Notes: a model not told the origin generated them from the letters alone. Counted from the stretch's first letter, positions 1-8,558 are shown. The stretch is 64,000 nt of DNA from Parcubacteria group bacterium (GCA_016180525.1 JACPBB010000002.1:225044-289043), one strand, 5' to 3'. Numbers and translations: made by a program.

Positions 1-321
1 GCTGCCATCAGCATCCAGCGCTCACAGCGTGACACAAAGCGTCAACGAGACGCTTCAGCGCAAATTCAGGAAGTTGCAGTTGATGTTGTTCGCGACACTG
101 TACTTGCCGCTAAAGAGAGCGAAGGCGACGTCCTTTCTCAGGTTGAGAAGTTGGCGGCGATGACTATTAAAATGACTGAGACGATGGAACTTGCCCAGGT
201 AAAGGAGCGCGAAAGTGCGGAAAAACGGAGAGAGGCGGGCGCGATTCTCGCAGAACTCGTAGCGAAGATGTCTGCGAAGGAAAAAGAATTTACGGTTCAG
301 CCGCTTTCGGTGAATTCATAA
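1..321 (+). CDS. Partial CDS (C-terminus), coiled-coil protein resembling the toxic anion resistance protein TelA family
   Basis: Open frame 1 from the window edge to TAA at 319-321 (AAISIQRSQRD...ESAEKRREAGAILAELVAKM...VNS*). The helical pattern recalls TelA C-termini; followed by a hairpin terminator. Confidence 0.5.
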   Translation, partial: AAISIQRSQRDTKRQRDASAQIQEVAVDVVRDTVLAAKESEGDVLSQVEKLAAMTIKMTETMELAQVKERESAEKRREAGAILAELVAKMSAKEKEFTVQPLSVNS

Positions 322-332
322 ACATTAAAACC

Positions 333-368
333 AAAGCCCATATCGTGAAAATGATATCGGGCTTTTTA
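333..368 (+). terminator. Rho-independent terminator (possibly bidirectional)
   Basis: AAAGCCC-ATATC...GATATC-GGGCTTTTT hairpin plus T-tract between convergent genes. Confidence 0.6.
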
Positions 369-440
369 TTTTTTAAAATTAATATATGAAAAAACCCAGC
401 GTTGGTGTAGCACCTACGCTGGGCGTTAATTATCTAACCC

Positions 441-1145
441 TTACTTTCCGGTTCGGACAAACTCAATCGTCTTGAGGTCCACTTCGTGGCCGGCATATGC
501 CTGGAACCAGCCGGTCTCTTTGTCCATCTCAACAACATAGAGGCTTAATCCTTCATCAGTCTCTGCAATGAAGTCCCAGTAATCAATCTTGCTTTCTTTC
601 TTTCCATCACTCGTATGCTCCGTTACAACAGCGGCGTGCTCTTCCTTGATATCGCCGGGCCGAGCAAACGACAGCCCCCCAACATCATCTACCGGAAGCT
701 TCCCACGCTTTAATTTACCATGCGCACCCTTATCATATTTACATTCAAATTGTGGCACTAAAAGATAGGAACTTGCTCCCTCAACGACTGAATCATGTTT
801 TCCGCGCGGCACAATGCGGAGCAGAAGCCACACGGCGTCGTCGTCTGTCTTTGCACCCCGCCTGTCTACCAAGAGATAGTCAGCAAACAAATACCGCTCA
901 TCACTAATAGTGCGTGCCGTGACGTTTATGGCATCAACTGCAAAGTGACTTTCTTTATACTCATCCATTCGGACAAGCGCGACGTCTCCGAGTGAGAGGT
1001 CAAGAGGATTGTATTCAATGAGTGCTCGCTTTACTTCGCGAACTCCCGCTTCTACCGCGTCCGTGACAACCTCTGTTGTCTTTTTGGCGCCCCGCATTGC
1101 TTGTTTCAACATTTCAAACGGAGTCATTTTTTCGGTACCGCTCAT
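441..1145 (-). CDS. Hypothetical protein, DUF4178/YjfK-like, in a DUF350 operon
   Basis: 234-aa ORF overlapping the upstream stop by 4 nt. Family guess is from context and the beta-rich YWDF...LYVVEMDKETGWF...G segment. Confidence 0.45.
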   Translation of the reverse strand: MSGTEKMTPFEMLKQAMRGAKKTTEVVTDAVEAGVREVKRALIEYNPLDLSLGDVALVRMDEYKESHFAVDAINVTARTISDERYLFADYLLVDRRGAKTDDDAVWLLLRIVPRGKHDSVVEGASSYLLVPQFECKYDKGAHGKLKRGKLPVDDVGGLSFARPGDIKEEHAAVVTEHTSDGKKESKIDYWDFIAETDEGLSLYVVEMDKETGWFQAYAGHEVDLKTIEFVRTGK

Positions 1146-2044
1146 GCATCTCTCCTGCGGATGTTAAATTTATGGAAGAATACGACGTACACAAGAGATC
1201 CGCCAAGAAGCAATGTAATGATTGTCGTCCACACGTATGTTGATAGGCTGGAAGACTCCTTAGCCTTTTCCGCGGCAACCTCGTCTTTGTAGACGAGATC
1301 CCTGTCTTTCTCTAACTCCTTCGGAACATATGTCGGATCTTTCTTAACACCAGTATCTTCAAGCGCCTTGAGGCGCTTGTCCATATCGGCGTCTTTTTGC
1401 TTGAGTTCTGCAAGACGGTTCGGGTCCATTGAGTCGCGATGGTTATAGACAAACCGGTCTCGCTCATGTGAGTTTTGGCTCATGAGCCATATCCAGAACC
1501 ACGGACTGATGCCATCGTTGTAGTGATGAACAACCGTTTGTCCGCTGGACTGATAATTGCTACCGAATCGCTCTGAGGCGCGCCTTTCGCGCGTTTGCCA
1601 GTCATTTTTTGAATAATCACGTGGCATTGCCGCGTTCTTTGTCTCCGGCTTCGGAGACGGCCTGTAGACTGGAGTTTCTTTAGCCGCGGGCTTTGGCGGA
1701 TTTGCTTTCTCAAACGCTGCTTTCGACTGCTCTTTCTTGACGCTCTTTAGGGCGCTGCTGTCATATGAAGATGATTTTGACGGCGTTGGAGATTTGCTGG
1801 GAGCGCTGAAAAAAGGCTTTGAAGCTGATGGACTTGTCGATGGTTTGTAGCTTGGCGTCGACGATCGCGACGGACTGCTTTTAAACGACGGCGATGAACG
1901 TGAAGGACTGCTTTTAAATGACGGAGAAGACTTGAAGCCACCACCACCGCCCCTAAATCCACCACCCTTAGCAAAGGAAACGGCGGGAGCAAGAACAATT
2001 GTCGCCGCAACGAGTGCGACGAGGCACTTCTTGAGGATGTTCAT
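1142..2044 (-). CDS. Exported Gly/Ser/Pro-rich low-complexity protein with C-terminal TM anchor
   Basis: Start reassigned to MNILKK (AAGGAGG RBS upstream). Signal peptide, GGGFRGGGGG and SSPS repeats, ISPWFWIWLM motif, C-terminal TM helix. Confidence 0.75.
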   Translation of the reverse strand: MNILKKCLVALVAATIVLAPAVSFAKGGGFRGGGGGFKSSPSFKSSPSRSSPSFKSSPSRSSTPSYKPSTSPSASKPFFSAPSKSPTPSKSSSYDSSALKSVKKEQSKAAFEKANPPKPAAKETPVYRPSPKPETKNAAMPRDYSKNDWQTRERRASERFGSNYQSSGQTVVHHYNDGISPWFWIWLMSQNSHERDRFVYNHRDSMDPNRLAELKQKDADMDKRLKALEDTGVKKDPTYVPKELEKDRDLVYKDEVAAEKAKESSSLSTYVWTTIITLLLGGSLVYVVFFHKFNIRRRDA

Positions 2045-2057
2045 GTGGGCCTCCTTC

Positions 2058-2921
2058 CTAGCCTGCAAGGTGAACGAACATGACGGTAATTGCGACAGAC
2101 AGGGTTCCGTCAACAAAGCCAACGCCCCAATTTCTGTCAGCCGTCATTTCTTTGCGCATCCGCGCACCAGGAATAATGATATAGTTCACGACAAGTCGCA
2201 GCACTGTCATCACAAAGAGCCAGATACCCACGTAAAGCACAACGTCCAGAAGATCGCTCGTCCAGCTTTCAAACTGCCCAGTGAGGGCGCCTCCAAGTGC
2301 CATGCCAGCCGCGATAAGCAAACCACCCATCGAGAATGCGACAGCTGTGTTTTGGTTCGCGATCTCATCGGCGGCGTTTGGCACCACAAACCGATAAAGA
2401 TACGCAACGGTGACGAGCAAGCCTTGTCCGAGCGCAAACCACACGACTTCCGTCGTGAACTTGTCTTCGCTTCCGGCAAATGCTCCCGAAAAGATAAAGG
2501 CCGTCGCCGCAAGAGTTGACGCCTCAATGATTCCGACAGCGGTATTCCGCTTTCCCACAACCTCGGCTGTGTTTGAAACTTTGCTCAAGATGCACTTGTC
2601 GTTTACCCACATTGAAATCCACAACAGCACAATAACTGTAACGAGCGACTCTCCCAGTACTGCCATGTCGTAGAGCCACCCGAGTCCGCTTGGCTTGGCG
2701 ATGCCGATAAACGCGACAATCGTCGCAAAGAGCATGCCAGCGAGCCGGATGAGTACTGCTGGGTTATCAGACTCCACTGCTTCTTGTGTGAAACTGTATT
2801 TGTGCACGACTCTGGCCTCTATGCCAAAGACGACACGGGAAACAATCACTGCCACCATTGAAACAATGATGATTGGAAGTACCTGCGATACGAGCAGGGA
2901 TCCAAGTTCTGCAAGCGTCAT
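2058..2921 (-). CDS. Double DUF350 (YjfL-like) inner membrane protein
   Basis: About 8 TM helices with repeated N-x-A-V-G/A motifs (DNPAV, RNTAVG, QNTAVA, RNWGVG); AAGGAGG RBS. Confidence 0.75.
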   Translation of the reverse strand: MTLAELGSLLVSQVLPIIIVSMVAVIVSRVVFGIEARVVHKYSFTQEAVESDNPAVLIRLAGMLFATIVAFIGIAKPSGLGWLYDMAVLGESLVTVIVLLWISMWVNDKCILSKVSNTAEVVGKRNTAVGIIEASTLAATAFIFSGAFAGSEDKFTTEVVWFALGQGLLVTVAYLYRFVVPNAADEIANQNTAVAFSMGGLLIAAGMALGGALTGQFESWTSDLLDVVLYVGIWLFVMTVLRLVVNYIIIPGARMRKEMTADRNWGVGFVDGTLSVAITVMFVHLAG

Positions 2922-3010
2922 TGTAAACCCTCCTTTTAAGGGTTATTTGTTAAGGAACCGAGGACAGACTATTCTGTCCCACGAACAACATATTAGCAAT
3001 ATTATGTATT

Positions 3011-3052
3011 TTTGTCAAATAATATTTGACAAATAAACAATAGTATGATAAA
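3011..3052. promoter_or_regulatory. Divergent sigma70-type promoters sharing a palindrome
   Basis: TTTGTCAAATA-A-TATTTGACAAA inverted repeat puts TTGACA on both strands between divergent genes; AT-rich -10-like sequences follow. Confidence 0.55.
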
Positions 3053-3110
3053 TTAGATAATAGATGCTACGGTTCTGCGGATGAAGGGTGTTGAAAGGAG
3101 GGGCGTGCCG

Positions 3111-4160
3111 ATGTTTTTGAAGCTATACCGGCGGCTAAGCCGCATAAGCAGCCGCGCGCTGCTCTTCACTCTTCCGGTACTCTTCTGCGCCACATGGTTT
3201 TTGATGTGGAGGTTTGAAGGGCCGGTACCGATTGTCTCCCCGGGAGTGTACTGGTGGTATTTCATCGTCACTGCGGCAACGGTCGGGTACGGTGATTTTA
3301 CTCCGGTGACACTCGGTGGGCGCATTGTTGGCGCCACAATTATGCTCGGAGGCATCGGGATCCTCGCCGGACTGCTTGGCAAAATAGCCGAGTCCGTCAT
3401 CCGCTTCTCAAAATGGAGGGAGTCTGGAATGTTGCCACTTGACGCGAAAGACCACATTGTGGTTTTCGGATACCGAAAAGGTGAAACTGAGGAAGTCTTC
3501 AGAGAGTTGCTTGCGGATATAGATGTTCGGAAAACACACGTTGTGCTCTGCTCAAGCAGCGAAAAAACAAATCCGCTTTTGAGGCACAAAGAATTTAAAA
3601 CCGTTGAATTTGTTCACGGAGATCTTTCGTCGGAAGATGTCATGAAGCGGGCGTGCGTGGGAAGCGCGGCAAAAGTCGTTGTTCACGGACACTCGGATGA
3701 TCAAACGTTTGCTGTCGGCGTTGCCGCAAACGCAGAAATGCAGAAGAGCGCGCACATGGTTGCGTATTTTCATGACCCGCACAGAGCGTCGCTCTTACAG
3801 AAGGTTAACCCGCACATTAAATGTCAATCCTCGCTCTCCGTGCCGCTTTTGGTTCTTGAAACGCAGGAGCCGGGCTCTACAGAGATTGTGAGACAAATTC
3901 TCTCCCACTTGGATGGAGACACGGCATTTAGGTGTGATATTCCAAAAGATGTTACTTCCGTCTCTTACATGGATATGTTTGTATTCCTAAAGCGGAAATA
4001 CAACGCAGTGCTCATTGGTACCGCGGAGTCCCACGACAGGAGCGCAAAAGTGAAATTGAATTCAGAGGCAGAGCCCATGATTTCGGGTGGGATGTCCATC
4101 TTTTATGTCGCTCCGTCTCGGCTGAAAAACATTAATTGGTTTGAAGCGATACAGGTTTAA
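3111..4160 (+). CDS. Potassium channel protein (2-TM pore plus RCK/TrkA-N domain)
   Basis: Selectivity filter TVGYGD, KDHIVVFGY Rossmann start and FVHGD motif; RBS AAGGAGG before ATG 3111. Confidence 0.9.
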   Translation: MFLKLYRRLSRISSRALLFTLPVLFCATWFLMWRFEGPVPIVSPGVYWWYFIVTAATVGYGDFTPVTLGGRIVGATIMLGGIGILAGLLGKIAESVIRFSKWRESGMLPLDAKDHIVVFGYRKGETEEVFRELLADIDVRKTHVVLCSSSEKTNPLLRHKEFKTVEFVHGDLSSEDVMKRACVGSAAKVVVHGHSDDQTFAVGVAANAEMQKSAHMVAYFHDPHRASLLQKVNPHIKCQSSLSVPLLVLETQEPGSTEIVRQILSHLDGDTAFRCDIPKDVTSVSYMDMFVFLKRKYNAVLIGTAESHDRSAKVKLNSEAEPMISGGMSIFYVAPSRLKNINWFEAIQV

Positions 4161-4256
4161 TATTGTTGGAGCCGTCTCGGAAGAGGCGGCTTTTTTCATG
4201 ATTGAACAAACAGAACGTAAAAAGCCGCTCTAATCGCGTGTAGAGCGGCTGTTATA

Positions 4257-4778
4257 TTATTTTTCAACTCTCGGCGTGTGTCCGGGTCCCGTAACGCGGG
4301 TTGAGAGGGTGAGGTCTGCATAGAGGTCGTAGGCCTGTCCGAATCCTTTCACATACCGCACTACTCCGGTTGGTGTCAGGCAAAACAATTTAAAATCTGC
4401 AAGCTTCGGCATTTCGTCAAATATTTTTCCAAATTTTTTACGGAAAAGCGCGAGGGTTGTCTCATACAGGCTGTATTCTCGGGAAATCATAACTGCTCTG
4501 CAGAGCATCTCAATCCGATGTCTCGCGAATATATTTTTTGATTCGCACTCATCTGCAATAAGCAGAACACTTACTTGCTTCGTTTCCAAAATGTCTCCTG
4601 TGCGAGGCACGGTCGTGCTCAAGAAGACATAAAAACTGGTGCCGCTTTTTACAAACGGAGCGTAGCTTGCAGTGGGTTTTCCCTCCGCACTAGATGTTGC
4701 GAGTATGAGCGTTTTTCTTTTCTCAACAAATTCACGCACTTCTTTATCAATGTCAGCGCTCTCGGGTATTTTGGACAT
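4257..4778 (-). CDS. HugZ/HutZ-like pyridoxamine 5'-phosphate oxidase family protein
   Basis: TLILAT...G.PTASYAPFV, VSVLLIADE, DFKLF and RYVKGFGQAY motifs. Confidence 0.8.
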   Translation of the reverse strand: MSKIPESADIDKEVREFVEKRKTLILATSSAEGKPTASYAPFVKSGTSFYVFLSTTVPRTGDILETKQVSVLLIADECESKNIFARHRIEMLCRAVMISREYSLYETTLALFRKKFGKIFDEMPKLADFKLFCLTPTGVVRYVKGFGQAYDLYADLTLSTRVTGPGHTPRVEK

Positions 4779-4936
4779 TAGGCTCCAACATTTTTGATTC
4801 TACATATTATTATAATCTATTAGCAAAGATACTGTCGAGAGAGTCTCACGTTCTATTAAAGAGTGTGGGATTAATCCTCGACAATAACTATTTTGGGTGT
4901 ATAACAAAAAGAGACACATACACAAGGGACAAATAT

Positions 4937-5557
4937 ATGCGTACACGCGGCAGACGAAATAAGGAATCACAACTGACGGATGAATTGCGCTGCGAAATGA
5001 TTTTTTACGCAACTACGCATAATTATTCGGACGCTGAGCGTTATGAGCGTTTTGCGATTGATTGCAAGCTTGATAAAAAAGCGCTTGAAATCGGTGCGGT
5101 GGTGAGGGGTCTCGTTTCAGACCTGCGCGAACGCGGAAGGCCGCCAGTTCAGATATTGGAGACCGCTTCCGCCACGGGACTTACCGCCGTCGGAGTTGTT
5201 GCAGAACTCACAAGGGCTCGTATCATGTGTATATACACCTCGCTTGATGCAGAACAGAATCTTCTCAATTATGCTTGCGCGCGCGGCAGGGGGCATAAAT
5301 TTGTTCAGGGTGATTTTGAAGCGCTACCATTTAGCGATGAAATATTTGATGTGTACATCATGATGGGCGCGGCTGGATATCGGCCGAAAGGAACGTTTTA
5401 CAGCGAAGCATACCGTGTTCTGCGTAGCGGCGGCTACTATGTGATGCCACAGATTGGCCCGCAGCCGACGGTAAGCGAGCGGGAAAAAGCCGATGCGATG
5501 AGTGCTGGATTTATTATTATTCGCGCGGATAATTATCTCATTGCGCAGAAAAGTTAA
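4937..5557 (+). CDS. Class I SAM-dependent methyltransferase
   Basis: ILETASATG motif I, GDFEALPF..FD and RVLRSGG motifs; start uncertain. Confidence 0.75.
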   Translation: MRTRGRRNKESQLTDELRCEMIFYATTHNYSDAERYERFAIDCKLDKKALEIGAVVRGLVSDLRERGRPPVQILETASATGLTAVGVVAELTRARIMCIYTSLDAEQNLLNYACARGRGHKFVQGDFEALPFSDEIFDVYIMMGAAGYRPKGTFYSEAYRVLRSGGYYVMPQIGPQPTVSEREKADAMSAGFIIIRADNYLIAQKS

Positions 5558-5619
5558 TCAAGAACAGTAAAGCCCGACCATTCAGTCGGGTTTTTGTATA
5601 CAGCGAAGAAGTATTGTTT

Positions 5620-5758
5620 TGTGGAGATTGATGAATGACGTTAGAACCTCTTTGGTTAAATCGAGAGATAGCGCGCAAATAAACGGTTTGATAGAATGTG
5701 TCAAAATATTTGAATCGCAGGTTGTCTAGGTGAGATACGTGGAAGAAGTTAGAACCTG
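5620..5758. repeat. 139-bp direct repeat copy A (att-like arm beginning with the tmRNA 3'-end core GTGGAGA)
   Basis: Same length as 7286-7424, with about 11 mismatches counted by eye. Confidence 0.9.
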
Positions 5759-5833
5759 GTAGTTTTTCAAAAGAAAAAGGCACGACCCGTTGTGGATCGT
5801 GCCTACAGTTTTGATCACAGAGGATTGTGCAAC

Positions 5834-7126
5834 TTACATCAACTGCATCATCCTATCGTAGTCGTTGGCAAGTGCATCCTGCCGAATGAGTCGCTGGGTG
5901 TGGTCAATCTCGATGCGATAGCCCTGCACGAGACAAGTCTCCTGACTATCGGCACCGCCAGTCTTGGTTGGATCACCGACGAGCTCGTAGGCATTCGCTT
6001 CTTTGGGGAGCACAGTCTGCGCCTCGCGGATGTCGTAGCGGAAGATTGGGACGGGGTAGTTCGACTCGGTGTAAAACCGGGCGAGTTCTCCCACCTTCTC
6101 CATTGACGTGACACGGAACTCCGGCTCGTAACTATCCGCGCTGGCTCCCTTCTTCTGGAACTGCGTGAACCATGTCTTGTCCGGCATTTGCATCAGGACG
6201 AAGAGCCCGTCGGGTGTGCGGTCGAGACCGCTTGGCTCGAAAAGCTCTTGCCAATGCTTGCGCAACAACCGACGTGCATCGGGACCGTCTTGAACTTTAC
6301 CGACCGGACCCGGACGAACTCCGAGCAGTCGCACACCGTTCCACCACTCGTGGATACCGACGTCGCACGCCCAGCTCGGCAATTGCATGCCGTTCTGATG
6401 ATGGATGAGACCAATCCCACCGATCGAGGTGAGATGTGCGAAGGCAAGACCCGGCTCGATATCGCGACACCAGTACGGCAAGTTGCCCGGCTCCTCGACA
6501 TCAATGATGTGGGGATCGCCGACCTCTTTGCTTGCCTGCTTCTGGTAGTACTGACGAGCCAGCGCAGCGTGACGCGTGATGTACTCGTGCGCTTGCGGAC
6601 CAAGCCGTGCCACCAGCAAAGCATCGCGACTTGCGTCGCTCGCTCGCCGGTAACCAGTCGGAGCTCGAAACTGCTGGTCGCCCCAGCGGTTGCGGTACTC
6701 CTCGTAGTCGATGATCGACACGTCGCCGTATTCGCCACGAGCCAACTTGTCGAACTCCACCTGCGAGATACGTCCGCCGCGATGATTGCGCGACTTGTCA
6801 TCGAACTCGTAGCGGTAGGCGTCGAGGATTCCTTGCAGTGTCGACATCGGACCGATACCATGCGCGACGATGATCGACGTACGACCAGCCAGCACGCCGA
6901 AGTACTCGGCCGTCAGGGTGGTGTAGTAGCGATCCCACGGCGTGGGGTTCGAGGAGTTAGTCATTCCCAACTCCTTGTATGGAGGAGTTACGAGCCGCAT
7001 CGCGATCGCATCCGGCATGGTGCCGATGTGACCGTCTTTTCCAGCGAACTTGCTTGCTTGCTTGAACGCCGGAACGAAGCCTTTTTCGTGATAAAAGGCC
7101 ATTGAACCGCCAGCTTTCTTACTCAT
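5834..7126 (-). CDS. Hypothetical protein (~430 aa), GC-rich cargo gene
   Basis: Start reassigned to MSKKAGG (AAGGAGAG RBS). Visibly higher GC and GC3 than the flanks; no recognisable motif. Confidence 0.75.
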   Translation of the reverse strand: MSKKAGGSMAFYHEKGFVPAFKQASKFAGKDGHIGTMPDAIAMRLVTPPYKELGMTNSSNPTPWDRYYTTLTAEYFGVLAGRTSIIVAHGIGPMSTLQGILDAYRYEFDDKSRNHRGGRISQVEFDKLARGEYGDVSIIDYEEYRNRWGDQQFRAPTGYRRASDASRDALLVARLGPQAHEYITRHAALARQYYQKQASKEVGDPHIIDVEEPGNLPYWCRDIEPGLAFAHLTSIGGIGLIHHQNGMQLPSWACDVGIHEWWNGVRLLGVRPGPVGKVQDGPDARRLLRKHWQELFEPSGLDRTPDGLFVLMQMPDKTWFTQFQKKGASADSYEPEFRVTSMEKVGELARFYTESNYPVPIFRYDIREAQTVLPKEANAYELVGDPTKTGGADSQETCLVQGYRIEIDHTQRLIRQDALANDYDRMMQLM

Positions 7127-7234
7127 TGAGTACTCTCCTTTTTTCCGTGTTTGGGATTTGAAGGAACGGACGGGATTGTCCAAAAATATGATACCACGAA
7201 GTCTTGTATAAATCAATAGTGAGAAATATAGATA

Positions 7235-7293
7235 AAAACACCCAGAAAATCGGGGCATTTTTATTCTTCCATATTGTTCTACGGCTGTGGAGA
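7235..7293. repeat. ~59-bp repeat (terminator plus tmRNA 3'-end core), copy of 8034-8093
   Basis: AAAACACCC...CGGGG..TTTTTATTCTTCCATATTGTTCTACG(G/T)CTGTGGAGA occurs at both positions. Confidence 0.9.
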
Positions 7294-7424
7294 CTGATGA
7301 ATGACGTTAGAACCTCTTTGGTTAAATCGAGAGATAGCGCGCAAATAAACGCTTTGCTGGAATGTGTCAAAACATTTGAATCGAGTGTTGTTTAGGTGAG
7401 ATGCATGGAAGAAGTTAGAACCTG
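7286..7424. repeat. 139-bp direct repeat copy B
   Basis: Matches 5620-5758. Confidence 0.9.
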
Positions 7425-7458
7425 TTGGTCGAAAGTGGTAAAATGAGGGAAAAGATTT

Positions 7459-8034
7459 ATGAATATAGAATACGAAGCTACATTTTTAGATGTGAATAAA
7501 GATGAAATGCGTAAGCGCCTGAAAGACGCTGGAGCTACTCTTGTACGACCAGAGTATTTACAGAGAAGAATCCCTTTTTACTTACCGGAAGGTAAGCGCT
7601 CAAAAGATGCATGGCTGCGAGTCCGCGACGAAGGAGACAAGATCACGTTGAGCTTAAAGATCGTTGCTGGTGAGAAAATTGAAGATCAAAAAGAAATCTG
7701 TCTTGTGGTTAATGATTTTGATGAAGCGGTAAAACTTCTTGAATCAATCGGCTGTGAAAAGAAATCTTACCAAGAGACTAGGCGTGAGCTCTGGGTTTTA
7801 GATAATGTCGAAATCACCATTGATGAATGGCCGTTTCTCGAACCCTTTGTTGAAGTAGAAGGACATTCAGAAGAAGAGGTAAAAAAGGTGTCAGAAAAAA
7901 TAGGATTCAACTACAGCGGTGCTCTTTTTTGTGCTGTCGGAAAACTGTACAAGATGAAATACGGAATCCATCCAGACGAGATCAATACAGTCGAGAAAAT
8001 AGTATTTGATATGAAAAACCCTTTCTTGAAATAA
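7459..8034 (+). CDS. CYTH domain protein (class IV adenylate cyclase-like)
   Basis: N-terminal EYEATF, WLRVRDEG, ETRRELW and FVEVEG motifs. Confidence 0.88.
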   Translation: MNIEYEATFLDVNKDEMRKRLKDAGATLVRPEYLQRRIPFYLPEGKRSKDAWLRVRDEGDKITLSLKIVAGEKIEDQKEICLVVNDFDEAVKLLESIGCEKKSYQETRRELWVLDNVEITIDEWPFLEPFVEVEGHSEEEVKKVSEKIGFNYSGALFCAVGKLYKMKYGIHPDEINTVEKIVFDMKNPFLK

Positions 8035-8086
8035 AAACACCCTGATTTTCGGGGTGTTTTTATTCTTCCATATTGTTCTACGTCTG

Positions 8087-8492
8087 TGGAGATGGGCAGA
8101 TTTGAACTGCCGTGCAAAAAGGATTTTTAATTGGTTCTACGCATGTAGAGTATTTTAATTTTAAGTATCGTGCGTAAAAAATATTCAAAATCGCACGGCA
8201 CCGAGTTTCTTCCGCCGAAGCGGATTTTGGAAAACAGCCGAAACAAACTATTTTCCTATTCCGAAAATATTATGCGTATATCTCTCTATCGGAAGTCAAG
8301 AGTATACACACCAACTATCGCAATTTATGCGTATGCTGGAGCAAAACCTACGCGGTCAACTCCGAAGAGCGACGCAAGCGCTGATTCCACTTTAGAAAAT
8401 AAGTTTGCACTTATTTATGTGGCCGGTTTACGAGTCAGCCAGCTCTATGCGCGCAATTAAAAATGTTCTTCTTGGCGATGCCTTTCATCCCC
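8087..8492 (-). ncRNA. ssrA: tmRNA
   Basis: 5' GGGGATG pairs with 3' CATCTCC-A including the G3.U wobble; T-arm GGCAG-TTCAAAT-CTGCC; tag ORF at 8325-8408 ending YA*; smpB lies just upstream. Confidence 0.93.
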
Positions 8493-8558
8493 CTAAATCA
8501 CTCCGCCAGAGGCGGATGATTGGGCAAGCGTTTTCGCGAAGCGAAAAGCGCTTTAGCC
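8491..8558. repeat. Structured two-hairpin element, copy 1 (CCCTAAATCA-hp-TGATTGGGCAA-hp-TTTAGCC)
   Basis: Conserved linkers shared with 30102-30169 and 39560-39632; stems differ in sequence but still pair. Confidence 0.8.

Noticed and set aside
1830-1935. Tandem SSPSFK/SSPSR repeats
   Set aside because: Ordinary low-complexity coding repeats within an exported protein.
6188-7105. 305-aa plus-strand ORF and 222-aa alternative-frame ORF
   Set aside because: These are shadow ORFs of the GC-rich gene at 5834-7126; they lack an RBS and have implausible composition.
5620-7424. Possible CRISPR array or classical integron attC sites
   Set aside because: The repeats are 139 bp with gene-sized spacing, there are no cas or intI genes in the window, and GTTAGAA lacks the paired RYYYAAC/attC hairpin architecture.
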